DNA from: Elusimicrobia bacterium GWC2_64_44
Lineage (GTDB): Bacteria; Elusimicrobiota; Elusimicrobia; Elusimicrobiales; UBA9959
DNA: 64,000 nt
Assembly: GCA_001799845.1 (NCBI GenBank)
Contig: MGUG01000044.1
Span: forward strand, 20-64,019
Direction of reading: 5' to 3'
Below are positions 26,735 through 36,439 of the stretch, one piece after another. The notes below the pieces were generated by a model. That model did no database searches. It was not told the DNA's origin and saw nothing but the letters and a program-made list of their open reading frames with translations. The position numbers and the translations under genes were made by a program. The number at the start of each line of letters is the position of its first letter. Position 1 is the stretch's first letter.

Positions 26735-28294
26735 ATGCACCCTTTACTGCAAAAAAAACACACCGGCACCCTGTTTCCCCTGTTCTCGATGCGCCACAAA
26801 CAGGACTGGGGCATCGGCGACACGCGCTCCATGACCCTCTGGTTCGACGCCATGAAAGCGCTGGACCTGGACCTGCTGCAGGTGCTGCCCATCAACGAGA
26901 TGCCGCCCGGCGTCTCCTGCCCTTACACGGCGCTGTCCGCTTTCGCGCTGGACCCCATCTACATCGCCGTAGGCGAACTGCCGGAGCTCAAAGAATCCCC
27001 CGCGCTGTCGGAGGAGATCAGTTCCCGCCGCTTCCAGGCCGGCCTGCGCCGCCTGCGCGCCGCCAAGACCGTCCTCTACAACGAGGTGCGCCACCTGAAG
27101 TTCAGCACGCTCTGGAAGGTCTACACTCACTTCCACCAGAACCATGTGCTCAAAGATTCCCCGCTCGCCGCCGAGTTCCGCGCCTTCTGCCGCGCCAACG
27201 CCGGCTGGCTCGACGACTACGCCGTCTTCCGCCGCCTGAAGGACACGCACGACTGGACCTCCTGGACGCACTGGGAAGCCCCGCTCAGGGAGCGCGGCCA
27301 CGAAGCGCTGAAGGAGCTGCACCAGCGCGAAGAGAACCAGATCCTCTTCTTCAAGTACCTGCAGTGGGCCATCCACCGGCAGTGGACCGCCGCCCGCGCC
27401 CGCGCCGCAGAGCTCGACATCAAGCTGCTGGGCGACCTGCCGTTCATGGTCAACCAGGAAAGCTCCGACGTGTGGGCCCGCCAGGCCGAGTTCGACATCA
27501 ACCGCGAGATCGGCGCGCCGCCCGACGCTTTCAGCGAGACCGGCCAGCGCTGGGGCCTGCCCGCCTATAACTGGGACGTGATAGAAGGCAACAATTTCGA
27601 CTGGTGGCGCTCCAAGGTGAAGAAGGCGGCCGAGTTCTACGACCTGTTCCGCATAGACCACATGGTGGGCTTTTTCCGCACCTGGGTCATCCCGCGCGAC
27701 ACGGCCCTCAAGCCCGATTTCGACATCAAGGACGAGGCCTGCCAGCGCGAGCGCGGCAAACGCTTCCTGCAGGCCGTCTCCGCCGCCAGCCCCATGCTGC
27801 CGGTGGCCGAGGACCTCGGGCTCATCCCGCCTTACGTCGGGGAAGTCCTGGCAGAACTCAATATCCCCGGCTACAAGGTCATGCGCTGGGAGAAGGCCAA
27901 GGACGGCAATTACGCCGACCCGCAGGCGTACCACCCGGTGTCGCTGGCCACCTCCTCCACGCACGACAACGAGCCGCTGGCCGACTGGTGGGACACCGTG
28001 GACGGCGTCGAGAAAAAGCTTTTCTGGAAGCTGGTCTCCGGCGAGGAGGGCAAGCCGCCCGTCTTCTCCAAGGCCCGCGAAAAAGCGCTCGGGTCGCTGC
28101 TCGGCGCCGGTTCGCGCATAGTCATCCTGCCCATCCAGGACATCTTCGGCACCAAGGACCGCGTGAACACGCCCGGCACGCTGGGCGACCACAACTGGAC
28201 CTGGCGCTTCCCCACCCCGGCGGAGGACTTCCTGAAAAAGCACGCCGAAACCGCCGAGAGCTTCTCCGCGATAGTCAGGGAAAAACGCAAATGA
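26735..28294 (+). CDS. malQ: 4-alpha-glucanotransferase (amylomaltase, GH77)
   Basis: 519 aa. GIGD, LQVLPINE, YTALSAFALDPIYI, FRIDHMVGF and STHDNEP motifs. Confidence 0.9.
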   Translation: MHPLLQKKHTGTLFPLFSMRHKQDWGIGDTRSMTLWFDAMKALDLDLLQVLPINEMPPGVSCPYTALSAFALDPIYIAVGELPELKESPALSEEISSRRFQAGLRRLRAAKTVLYNEVRHLKFSTLWKVYTHFHQNHVLKDSPLAAEFRAFCRANAGWLDDYAVFRRLKDTHDWTSWTHWEAPLRERGHEALKELHQREENQILFFKYLQWAIHRQWTAARARAAELDIKLLGDLPFMVNQESSDVWARQAEFDINREIGAPPDAFSETGQRWGLPAYNWDVIEGNNFDWWRSKVKKAAEFYDLFRIDHMVGFFRTWVIPRDTALKPDFDIKDEACQRERGKRFLQAVSAASPMLPVAEDLGLIPPYVGEVLAELNIPGYKVMRWEKAKDGNYADPQAYHPVSLATSSTHDNEPLADWWDTVDGVEKKLFWKLVSGEEGKPPVFSKAREKALGSLLGAGSRIVILPIQDIFGTKDRVNTPGTLGDHNWTWRFPTPAEDFLKKHAETAESFSAIVREKRK

Positions 28295-29097
28295 AAAAGC
28301 TCCTCCTGCTGACGCTGCTGCTGCCGCTGGCGGCCTGTACCCTGAACAAGACCGCGGCCCGCGTCACCTCGGGCGTGGTAGACGCCGGCCTGCCCGCCGT
28401 CTTCTCCCAGTCCGACCCTCAATACGTGAAAGAGGCGCTGCCCGGCAATTTGCAGCTGATGGAGATCCTGCTCGCGAGCGACCCGCACAACAAGGGCATG
28501 CTGGTCAACGCCGCCCAGGGCTTCTGCGGCTACGCCTTCATGTTCCTGGAAGAGGACTCTCCCGAGCGCGCCTCCGTTTTCTACCTGAAGGGCCAGGGCT
28601 ACGCCGAGCGCGCGCTGCGCGGGGCCACCGTGGAGACCGCGAAGAAGAAGGACGCGCACCCGCTGTTCTGGCACACCTTCTGCAAGGCCCTCTACATGAA
28701 CATCAACCGCGACAAGCCCGAGGCCATCGCGGAGATACCGACGCTGGAGCCGGCCGCGCTGAAGCTGCTGCAACTGGACCCCGGCTACTACTATAACGCC
28801 GCCGAGGTCATCCTCGGCGCCTACCACGCCATACGCCCGCGCATGCTGGGCGGCAGCCCGGAGAAGGCGGCCGAGCACTTCGAACTGGCGCTGAAGGGGC
28901 ACGGGGCGGACTTCCACCTGAGCCGCTACCTCTACGCCAAGATGGCCGCCGTGGCCGCGCAGGACGCGGACCTTTTCGAGCGGCTGCTGGGCGAGATAAT
29001 TTCCGCCGAGCTCAAGGACGGGGACACCCGCCTGGCCAACGAAGTGGCCAAACAGAAAGCCCAAAGACTGCTGGAGAAAAAAGATGAACTTTTCTAA
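28291..29097 (+). CDS. TatT-like TPR lipoprotein associated with TRAP transporters
   Basis: The ATG overlaps the malQ stop (ATGA). Lipobox LLPLAAC. Helical-repeat body resembles the TRAP-associated TatT family. Confidence 0.65.
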   Translation: MKKLLLLTLLLPLAACTLNKTAARVTSGVVDAGLPAVFSQSDPQYVKEALPGNLQLMEILLASDPHNKGMLVNAAQGFCGYAFMFLEEDSPERASVFYLKGQGYAERALRGATVETAKKKDAHPLFWHTFCKALYMNINRDKPEAIAEIPTLEPAALKLLQLDPGYYYNAAEVILGAYHAIRPRMLGGSPEKAAEHFELALKGHGADFHLSRYLYAKMAAVAAQDADLFERLLGEIISAELKDGDTRLANEVAKQKAQRLLEKKDELF

Positions 29098-30100
29098 AAG
29101 ACTGACGATATTCGCCGCCCTGCTGTCCCTGGCCCTGCCGCTCGCGGCCCAGGCCCCGGCGCCCGTGATCATCAAGTTCGCTACGCTGGCGCCGGACGGC
29201 TCCACGTGGATGAAGGCGATGAAGAAGTTCACCGACGAAGTGACCGTTAAGACGGCCGGCCGGGTGAAGTTCAAGACCTACGCCGGCGGCGTCTCCGGCG
29301 ACGAGAAGGACGTGGTGCGCAAGATCCGCCTGGGCCAGCTGCACGCCGGCGGCTTTACCGGCGTCGGCATAGGCGAGATGGCCGCCGAGGCGCGCCTGCT
29401 CGACACCCCCTTCCTCTTCAAGAACGCCCGCGAGATAGACCACGTCTACAAGACGATGGACGCGGACTTCCGCAAGATCTTCGAGAGCCGCGGCTACGTA
29501 CTGCTGGGCTGGGCCGAGGTCGGCAACGTCAACATCTTCTCCAACGCGCCGGTCACCCAGCCCGGGGACCTCAAGAACGTCAAGATGTGGATCTGGGAAG
29601 GCGACCCCATCGCCGAGGCCACCTTCGAGGCGCTGCACATAAAACCGATCCCGCTGTCCATCACCGACGTGATGACCTCGCTGCAGACCGGCATGATCAA
29701 CGGCGTCTACGGCTCCCCCCTCTCCGTCATAGCGCTGCAGTGGTTCGCGCGCATGAAGTACGTCTTCTCGCTGCCCCTGACCAACGCCTCAGGCGCGGTG
29801 GTGATCTCCAAGAAGATGTTCGACACGCTGACCCCGGAAGACCAGAAGACCATGCTGGCGCTGGGCGACAGGTATTTCCGCGAGCTGACGCTGCAGAGCC
29901 GCAAAGAGAACGAGCAGTCCGTCGGCATCCTGAAGAAGAAGGGCCTGACCTTCACCGACCCGGCCAGCCCGGCGGTGACCGCAGAGCTGGAGAAGGCCGG
30001 CGAGAGCGCCCGCCAGGCCCTCGTGGGCAAGCTCTATTCCAGGGAACTGCTGGTGAAAGTGGAAAACGCCCTCAAGGCCTTCCGCGCCGCCAAGAAGTAG
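29084..30100 (+). CDS. dctP: TRAP transporter substrate-binding protein (DctP family)
   Basis: 338 aa. Signal peptide, then KFATLAPDGSTWMKAMKKF...GQLHAGGFTGVG. Overlaps the preceding gene by 14 nt. Confidence 0.85.
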   Translation: MNFSKRLTIFAALLSLALPLAAQAPAPVIIKFATLAPDGSTWMKAMKKFTDEVTVKTAGRVKFKTYAGGVSGDEKDVVRKIRLGQLHAGGFTGVGIGEMAAEARLLDTPFLFKNAREIDHVYKTMDADFRKIFESRGYVLLGWAEVGNVNIFSNAPVTQPGDLKNVKMWIWEGDPIAEATFEALHIKPIPLSITDVMTSLQTGMINGVYGSPLSVIALQWFARMKYVFSLPLTNASGAVVISKKMFDTLTPEDQKTMLALGDRYFRELTLQSRKENEQSVGILKKKGLTFTDPASPAVTAELEKAGESARQALVGKLYSRELLVKVENALKAFRAAKK

Positions 30101-30170
30101 TATAATTCAGTTACCGGCGATGATGTCCGCCGCCCCGGCCGCCCGGGGGAACCGCCCGCAGGGGCTGATG

Positions 30171-30205
30171 ACCTCTACCCCACAAGGTAGAGGTCTTTGT
30201 TTTTA
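30171..30205 (+). terminator. Rho-independent terminator after dctP
   Basis: GACCTCTACC-CCACAA-GGTAGAGGTC followed by TTTGTTTTT. Confidence 0.8.
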
Positions 30206-30217
30206 TACGGAGCTGCT

Positions 30218-31351
30218 ATGGAACCTGACAAGATACCTGTTATAGCGGGGCTGCTGATCTTCGCAGCGAGCGTCCTGAGCCTGCGGCTGGGCCTCTCGGT
30301 GGCCATCTTCGAAATACTGCTGGGGGTCGGCGCGGGGCAGTTCGGCCTGCGGGCCGAAGAGTGGATGGTCTATATCGCCGGCTTCGGCGGCATAGTGCTC
30401 ACGTTCCTGGCCGGGGCCGAGGTGGACGTGAAGCTGCTCAGGGACAATTTCCGCGGCGCCGCCGTCGTAAGCCTCGCCTCTTTCGCCGCGCCGCTCGCGG
30501 CCGGCTACCTCTTCTGCCGCTATCTCGCCGGCTGGAGCCCCCAGGCCTCCCTGATCACAGGCATTGCGCTCTCCGAAACCTCCCTGGCGGTGGTGTATTC
30601 GGTGCTGGCTGAAACCGGCCGCTCCGGCAACGCTGCCGGCAAACTGCTGATGGCCTGCACCTTCCTCACCAACACCCTCACCGCGCTGGCGCTCAGCCTG
30701 GTCTTCCTCAAGCCCAACCTGTACACCCTCCTGTTCCTCACCGTCTCCGGCCTCTTCCTCGCCTTCGCCGGACGCTTCTCCCTGGGCCTTCTCCGCGACC
30801 CGGCCTTAGCCGGCAAGGTGGCCGAGCCGGAGATAAAATATATCTTCTTCATCCTGCTCGCTTTCGTCTACCTGGCCGACCTCGGCTCCAGCCAGGCCAT
30901 ATTGCCGGCCTTTATCTTCGGCCTGCTGATGAGCCGCCACTTCAAAACGCAGCGCAGGACCGCCGGCGTGAAGACGCGCCTGCGCACCGTGGCCTACGCC
31001 TTCATCACCCCGTTCTTCTTCATCGTGGCCGGGCTGAAGGTCTCCCTCGCCGCGCTGTGGGCGGCCCCGCTGCTGTTCGCCGGACTGTTCGCGGCCAAGC
31101 AGCTCTCCAAGTTCGCGGGCGTGCATTTCCTGATGAAGAAGTATTTTCCCACGGCCGGGATGTACTCCACGCTGCTGATGTCCACCGGCCTCACCTTCGG
31201 CCTGATGGCCGTGCTGGCGGGCGTCCGGGCGGGCTATCTCGACGACGCGCAGTACTCGGTACTGACCGGGGTGCTGATAGCCAGCGCCGTGCTGCCCACC
31301 TTCGCGGCCCAGCGCTGGTTCGCGCCAAAAGAAGACGAGGACTTGGCCTGA
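30218..31351 (+). CDS. Cation:proton antiporter (CPA family, Kef/NapA-like membrane domain)
   Basis: Polytopic. The ATG at 30218 (MEPDKIPVIAG...) is preferred because the track start at 30197 lies inside the terminator. Typical Na+/H+ exchanger helices. Confidence 0.8.
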   Translation: MEPDKIPVIAGLLIFAASVLSLRLGLSVAIFEILLGVGAGQFGLRAEEWMVYIAGFGGIVLTFLAGAEVDVKLLRDNFRGAAVVSLASFAAPLAAGYLFCRYLAGWSPQASLITGIALSETSLAVVYSVLAETGRSGNAAGKLLMACTFLTNTLTALALSLVFLKPNLYTLLFLTVSGLFLAFAGRFSLGLLRDPALAGKVAEPEIKYIFFILLAFVYLADLGSSQAILPAFIFGLLMSRHFKTQRRTAGVKTRLRTVAYAFITPFFFIVAGLKVSLAALWAAPLLFAGLFAAKQLSKFAGVHFLMKKYFPTAGMYSTLLMSTGLTFGLMAVLAGVRAGYLDDAQYSVLTGVLIASAVLPTFAAQRWFAPKEDEDLA

Positions 31352-31385
31352 CGGCGGCAGCCGGAGTATAATTGGGCTGTAGCTT

Positions 31386-32360
31386 ATGAAGATACCCGCC
31401 GCGCTGCGCGAAAGATTTTACCGGTTCATCCGGCGGCTGCCGTTCCCGCTGCGGCGCGGCCTGCTGCTGCGCCCCGACTGCTACTTCCCCATGGGCGCCA
31501 CCGTCTGCGTGGAGATAGCCCAGTGCAATTTAAAATGCGTCATGTGCCCCAGGGGCGGCATGCACGGCCTGAAGAACGAGCGGCGCGGGCAGATGGCCCC
31601 GGCGCTGTTCAGGCGCATCCTGGATAAATTCCTCGCTGAGAAGGTGGAGGTGGCCGAGCTGTGGTTCGCCGACTGGGGAGAGCCGCTGCTCAACCCGGAT
31701 TTTCCTGAAATGGCCCGCTGCGCCAGGGCCCTGCTGCCCGGCGCAAAACTGACGCTCTTCACCAACCTGACCTGCCTGCCCGACCCGGAGGCCGTGGCCG
31801 GCGCGGGCCTGGACATCATAGAAGTCTCGCTGTCCGGCATGACACAGGAAGTTTACGGGCGCAACCACGTGGGCGGCGACCTGAGCAAAGTGCTCGCCCA
31901 CCTCGACGCGCTCGACGCGGCCCGCAAGCGCCTGGGCAGCGCCACGGAGATAGCGCTGAAGTTCCACCAGTACGTCTACAACGCCGCCGACGCCGCGCAG
32001 GCGGAGGCGCTAGCCCGCGCGCGCGGCTTTATCTTCAAGCCGATACGCTGCTATATCTCCAGCGTAGAAGGCAACGCGGCCTTCCAGAAGGAAAAAGAGA
32101 AATTTTCGGAGTTTTACGCCGGGTTCATCGACATGGCGCGCGAGCGGGCCATGACCCGGACGCTGCCGGGCCCGCGCGACTGCATCATGAAGCGCAGCAT
32201 GGTGACCATAGATTTCGACGGCCGCCTGTACCCCTGCTGCGGCGTCTACGAAGAAAAAAACCTCATGGGATCCATCTTCGACGTGAAGATCCTCGACATC
32301 CCCGCCCTGACCCCGCCCGTCTGCCGCGTCTGCTCCGCCACCCCCATCAGCTGGCGCTGA
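31386..32360 (+). CDS. Radical SAM protein with Cys-rich C-terminal (SPASM/twitch-like) region
   Basis: CNLKCVMC (Cx3Cx2C) near the N-terminus. The C-terminal part has YPCCGV...PPVCRVC. Confidence 0.75.
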   Translation: MKIPAALRERFYRFIRRLPFPLRRGLLLRPDCYFPMGATVCVEIAQCNLKCVMCPRGGMHGLKNERRGQMAPALFRRILDKFLAEKVEVAELWFADWGEPLLNPDFPEMARCARALLPGAKLTLFTNLTCLPDPEAVAGAGLDIIEVSLSGMTQEVYGRNHVGGDLSKVLAHLDALDAARKRLGSATEIALKFHQYVYNAADAAQAEALARARGFIFKPIRCYISSVEGNAAFQKEKEKFSEFYAGFIDMARERAMTRTLPGPRDCIMKRSMVTIDFDGRLYPCCGVYEEKNLMGSIFDVKILDIPALTPPVCRVCSATPISWR

Positions 32361-32368
32361 GCGCGCGG

Positions 32369-34042
32369 CTAGAACAGGCCGGTGATGTTGCCTTGCTCGT
32401 CGATGTCTATGTTCTCCGACGCCGGGTGCTCTGGCAGGCCGGGCATGCGCATGATATCGCCGGTTATCGGGATGATGAAGCCCGCGCCTGACGCTATCTC
32501 TATCTCACGCACCGTCACCACGAAATCCTTCGGCCGCCCTATCAGGTCCGGGTTGTCCGACAGCGACTTCTGCGTCTTGGCGATGCAGACCGGCAGCTTG
32601 TCGAGGCCCAGGTTGTTTATCTTCTCCAGGTCCTTCCTGGCCCTGGCGGTGTAGTCTATGTGGGCCGCGCCGTACATCTTGGAGGCTATGGCCTCTATCT
32701 TCTTCTCGACGGGCCACTCCCACTCGTAGACGGGTTTGAAACCGCAGACGCCCCGGGCTTCCACGGCACCGGCCACCAGGCCGGCCAGTTCCTCCGCGCC
32801 GGCGCCGCCCTGGCCCCAGACGTCGGCCACGGCCACCGGCACGCCGAGCTCCGCGCACCTGGCCTTCACCACGGCGATCTCTTCGTCGGTGTCGGAGGCG
32901 AATTTATTGAGCGCTATCACGGGCGACAGCTCGAACTGTTTCATGTTCTCCACGTGCTTCTCGAGGTTCTCGAGGCCGCGCTTTACCGCCGCCGGGTCCG
33001 GCTTGCCCAGCTCCTTCAGCCCCACGCCGCCGTGGTATTTGAGGGCGCGCACGGTGGCCACCAGCACGGCCGCGCTGGGGCAGAGCCCGGCGTAGCGGCA
33101 CTTGATGTCCAGGAATTTCTCGGCGCCCAGCTCGAAGGCGAAACCCGCCTCGGTGACGACGTACTCCGACAGCGAGAGGCCCATGCGGGTGGCTATGATG
33201 GAATTGCAGCCGTGGGCGATATTGGCGAAAGGCCCGCCGTGGATGATGGCCGGCGTGCCCTCGGAAGTCTGCACCAGGTTCGGCATCAGCGCGTCCTTGA
33301 GCAGGGCGGCCATAGCGCCGTGGGCCTTCAGGTCGCGGGCGTAGACGGGCCTCCTGTCGTAGGTATACCCGACGAAGATATTACCCAGCTTTTCCTTGAG
33401 GTGCTTCAGATCGTTGGAGAGGCAGAAGATAGCCATCACTTCGGAGGCGGCCACGATGTCGAAGCCGGTCTCGCGCGGCACGCCGCTCATGGTGCCGCCA
33501 AGCCCTACGATGATCTTGCGCAGCGAGCGGTCGTTCATGTCCATCACGCGCTTCCAGGTGACGGTCCGCGGGTCCAGCCCCAAATTGTTCTTCTTATTCT
33601 GGATATTGTTGTCGATGATGGCGGCCAGCAGGTTATGCGCCTTCTCTATGGCGGCGAAGTCGCCGGTAAAATGCAGGTTGATGTCCTCCATGGGCAGCAC
33701 CTGGGAGCGCCCGCCGCCGGTGGCGCCGCCCTTGATGCCGAATACCGGGCCGAGCGAAGGCTCGCGCAGCACGACGGTGGTCTTCTTGCCCAGCCGGTTG
33801 AGGCCCAGCGTGAGGCCGATGGAAACGGTGGTCTTGCCCTCGCCGGCCGGCGTGGGCGAGATGGCGGAGACGAGGACAAGCTTGCTCTTTTTTGCCTTCC
33901 CCAGGTCTATCAGCTTAAGCGGCAGCTTGGCCTTGTACTTGCCGAAATGGTGCAGATCGTCCGACGGCACGCCGAGGCGCTCCGCTATCTCGTTGATATG
34001 CTTGAGCTTGATGGTCCTGGCTATCTCTATATCGGTAGGCAT
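32369..34042 (-). CDS. fhs: Formate--tetrahydrofolate ligase
   Basis: 557 aa. SDIEIA-like N-terminus (PTDIEIARTIKLKHI) and TPAGEGKTT P-loop. Confidence 0.95.
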   Translation of the reverse strand: MPTDIEIARTIKLKHINEIAERLGVPSDDLHHFGKYKAKLPLKLIDLGKAKKSKLVLVSAISPTPAGEGKTTVSIGLTLGLNRLGKKTTVVLREPSLGPVFGIKGGATGGGRSQVLPMEDINLHFTGDFAAIEKAHNLLAAIIDNNIQNKKNNLGLDPRTVTWKRVMDMNDRSLRKIIVGLGGTMSGVPRETGFDIVAASEVMAIFCLSNDLKHLKEKLGNIFVGYTYDRRPVYARDLKAHGAMAALLKDALMPNLVQTSEGTPAIIHGGPFANIAHGCNSIIATRMGLSLSEYVVTEAGFAFELGAEKFLDIKCRYAGLCPSAAVLVATVRALKYHGGVGLKELGKPDPAAVKRGLENLEKHVENMKQFELSPVIALNKFASDTDEEIAVVKARCAELGVPVAVADVWGQGGAGAEELAGLVAGAVEARGVCGFKPVYEWEWPVEKKIEAIASKMYGAAHIDYTARARKDLEKINNLGLDKLPVCIAKTQKSLSDNPDLIGRPKDFVVTVREIEIASGAGFIIPITGDIMRMPGLPEHPASENIDIDEQGNITGLF

Positions 34043-34077
34043 ATTCCCCCTCCTCGCTGAAACTATTCCGCGCCGGC

Positions 34078-34881
34078 TCAGCCGGGCAGGCGCACCGCGC
34101 CTATGCCCATGCCGTCCTGCGCCCTGTCCTTCACGTACTCGGCGCGCGTGCCCGGCAGCTGGTAGTCGCGCCAGAAGCGGCTGACCTCCACGCCCGGCCG
34201 CGCCGCGCAGGGCTGTATATCATGAAAAGCTATCACGCCGCCCGGCCGCACGAAACCGGAATAGCGCTCGAAGTCCGCCTTGACCCCGTCGTAGCTGTGA
34301 TCCCCGTCGATAAAGAGCAGGTCCAGCCGCCGGCCGCCCAGGGCCTCCGCGAAGCGCCGCAGCGACTCGGGCGAGCGCGAATCCCCGTCTATCAGTTCAA
34401 GTCTGCGGCCGGGGCCTTTCATGGCCCGCAGCAGCGGGCGCCGCCAGAAAGCTTTATTAAAGGAGGACAGCTCCCCGCTGAAAGCGCCGCCCGGCAGGTC
34501 GAGGCTTATCACCAGCGCGTCGGGGGCCGCGGCGGAGCAGAGCAGGGCCAGCGTGCCGCCCTGCGCCCGGCCTATCTCCGCCACCGCGCGCGGGGGCTCG
34601 GGAAAACTCTTGATAAAGGGCAGGATCTCCTCGCGGTGCTGCAGCGCGCCGGCCAGCCAGGCGCCCGTGCCGAAGACGAAGTCAGCGGCCGCTTCGGGGC
34701 CCCGCGCCGCCAGCGCCCGCAGGCGCAGGAGGCAGTAGAAGTAATACCCGGCGGGCAGCAGCGCCAGCAGTACCGCCAGAACGGCGGCCGCGGCCCACTG
34801 GCCCGCCAGCGCCGCGGCCAGCGCCGCCAGCAGCAGCGCCAGCGCGGCCTGTATGCCCCGTACCAGGAACTTTACCGCCAC
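34078..34881 (-). CDS. Membrane-anchored class I SAM-dependent methyltransferase
   Basis: N-terminal hydrophobic helices. Motif I VAEIGRAQGGT. LLFIDGDHSYDGVKADFE...GGVIAFHDI. Confidence 0.65.
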   Translation of the reverse strand: MAVKFLVRGIQAALALLLAALAAALAGQWAAAAVLAVLLALLPAGYYFYCLLRLRALAARGPEAAADFVFGTGAWLAGALQHREEILPFIKSFPEPPRAVAEIGRAQGGTLALLCSAAAPDALVISLDLPGGAFSGELSSFNKAFWRRPLLRAMKGPGRRLELIDGDSRSPESLRRFAEALGGRRLDLLFIDGDHSYDGVKADFERYSGFVRPGGVIAFHDIQPCAARPGVEVSRFWRDYQLPGTRAEYVKDRAQDGMGIGAVRLPG

Positions 34882-34893
34882 TTGAATTTGGCG

Positions 34894-35424
34894 TCAGGCC
34901 TGCGCGCCGCCGGCGGGCTGAGTGCTGTCCACGAACACGCGGGTGGAAAGATCCTTGTCCAGCATGAAGAGGCCTTCTTTGGAGTCGCCGATGAGCTTGA
35001 GCTTGTCGGCTATCTCGGAAGAGTTAGCTTCCTCCTCCACCTGCTCGTCCACGAACCAGTTGAGCATGCTGGCGGTGGCGTGGTCGCGCTCGGCCAGAGC
35101 TATGTCCATTATATTGTTGATCATCGCGCTGACTTTCTGCTCGTGCTCGTAGGCAGCCTCGAACATGGCGAGCGGGCTCTTCCATTCGGTGGTAACGCCC
35201 TCGATGGCGGGCATAACGGAGTGGCCGCCCCGCTCCAGCACGAACTTGTAGAACTTCATGGCGTGGGTCATCTCCTCCTGCGCCTGCACGTACAGCCAGT
35301 TGGCCAGGCCCTTCAGGTTCAGCTCGGTGCACTTGGCCGACATGCCCAGGTACAGGTAGGCCGAATACAGCTCGGCGTTGACCTGCTTGTTGATGGCTTC
35401 TTCCACTTTTTTGTTGATCTTCAT
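34894..35424 (-). CDS. ftn: Ferritin
   Basis: 176 aa. INKQVNAELYSAYLYLGMS...AQEEMTHAMKFY...YEHEQ ferroxidase-centre residues. Confidence 0.9.
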   Translation of the reverse strand: MKINKKVEEAINKQVNAELYSAYLYLGMSAKCTELNLKGLANWLYVQAQEEMTHAMKFYKFVLERGGHSVMPAIEGVTTEWKSPLAMFEAAYEHEQKVSAMINNIMDIALAERDHATASMLNWFVDEQVEEEANSSEIADKLKLIGDSKEGLFMLDKDLSTRVFVDSTQPAGGAQA

Positions 35425-35544
35425 GAAGTTACCTCCTGACTTTTCTTAAAGCGTTCCGGGCCGGGCCCGACGCCTTTATAATACAAAAATAGCCGCGCGC
35501 TTTCCCAAGAGGCGGCTCAGGCGGCATTTTGGTATCATAGACGC

Positions 35545-36432
35545 ATGGAAAAAGCCGCCAACGGGGCCGCCACGCTCAGCGTGATAGTGCCGGTCTACAG
35601 CCGCGACGCCTACCTCTCGGAAATGCTGGAGAAGCTGTTCCTCCCCGGCATCCGGGCCAACTGCCCGGCCGGGACGGAACTGGTCATCGTGGACGACTGC
35701 TCCCCGCTCAAGGCGGAAACGGCCGCGCTGGCCGCGGCCGCCGGGCAGTGGGCGGACGTCAAGTTTTTGCGGAATACTGAAAACCTTGGCTACCTGCGCT
35801 CCATCAACGCGGGGCTGGGCCTGGCCACGGGCCGGCGCCTGCTGCTCTGCAACAGCGATACGCGCCTGGCACCCGGCGCCCTGGAGCGGCTGGGAGCCGC
35901 GCTGGACTCCGAGCCGCGGCTGGGCATAGCGGGGCCGGTGTCCAACGGGGCCTACAATTCAGTCATGCAGGCCGCGCCCGGCCTGCCGGAGCCGCTCGTT
36001 TCTTTCGCTCCGGAAGAGCTGGCCCGCTTCGACGCTTACGGCGCGGCGCTCTCCGCCCGCGCCCTGCCCCACGCCGAGGCAGGCTGGCTGCTCGGCTTCT
36101 GCACGCTGATGAAGCGCGAGGTGCTGAGCGATATCGGGTTATTCGACGAGGGCTTCGGCTTCGGCTACCTGGAAGAGCTGGACTACGCCATCAGGGCCCG
36201 ACGCGCCGGCTGGAAGCTGGCCGTGGCGCCCGACGCTTTCGTCTTCCACGGCGGGCTGCGCAAGGGCCTGCAGTTCGCCGGCGCCAACGCCGGCTCCCAG
36301 ACCGGCCGCTCCGCGCCGGTGAAGACTTTCTTCCGCATCATGCACGGTTTGTCCTACCTGAAAAAGAAATACGGCAAAGACGTAGTCGGCATTCCGCAGG
36401 ACGCGGAAGGCGCGGCTAAAAAAGGTTTCTAA
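35545..36432 (+). CDS. Glycosyltransferase family 2
   Basis: LSVIVPVYSRDAYL...IVDDCSP and the later DTRL motif of GT-A fold enzymes. Confidence 0.8.
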   Translation: MEKAANGAATLSVIVPVYSRDAYLSEMLEKLFLPGIRANCPAGTELVIVDDCSPLKAETAALAAAAGQWADVKFLRNTENLGYLRSINAGLGLATGRRLLLCNSDTRLAPGALERLGAALDSEPRLGIAGPVSNGAYNSVMQAAPGLPEPLVSFAPEELARFDAYGAALSARALPHAEAGWLLGFCTLMKREVLSDIGLFDEGFGFGYLEELDYAIRARRAGWKLAVAPDAFVFHGGLRKGLQFAGANAGSQTGRSAPVKTFFRIMHGLSYLKKKYGKDVVGIPQDAEGAAKKGF

Positions 36433-36439
36433 AAAAATA

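Noticed and set aside
31351-32369. A possible RiPP locus around the radical SAM/SPASM-like gene.
   Set aside because: The flanking intergenic spaces are 34 and 8 nt. I found no small precursor-like ORF, and no protease or transporter partner.
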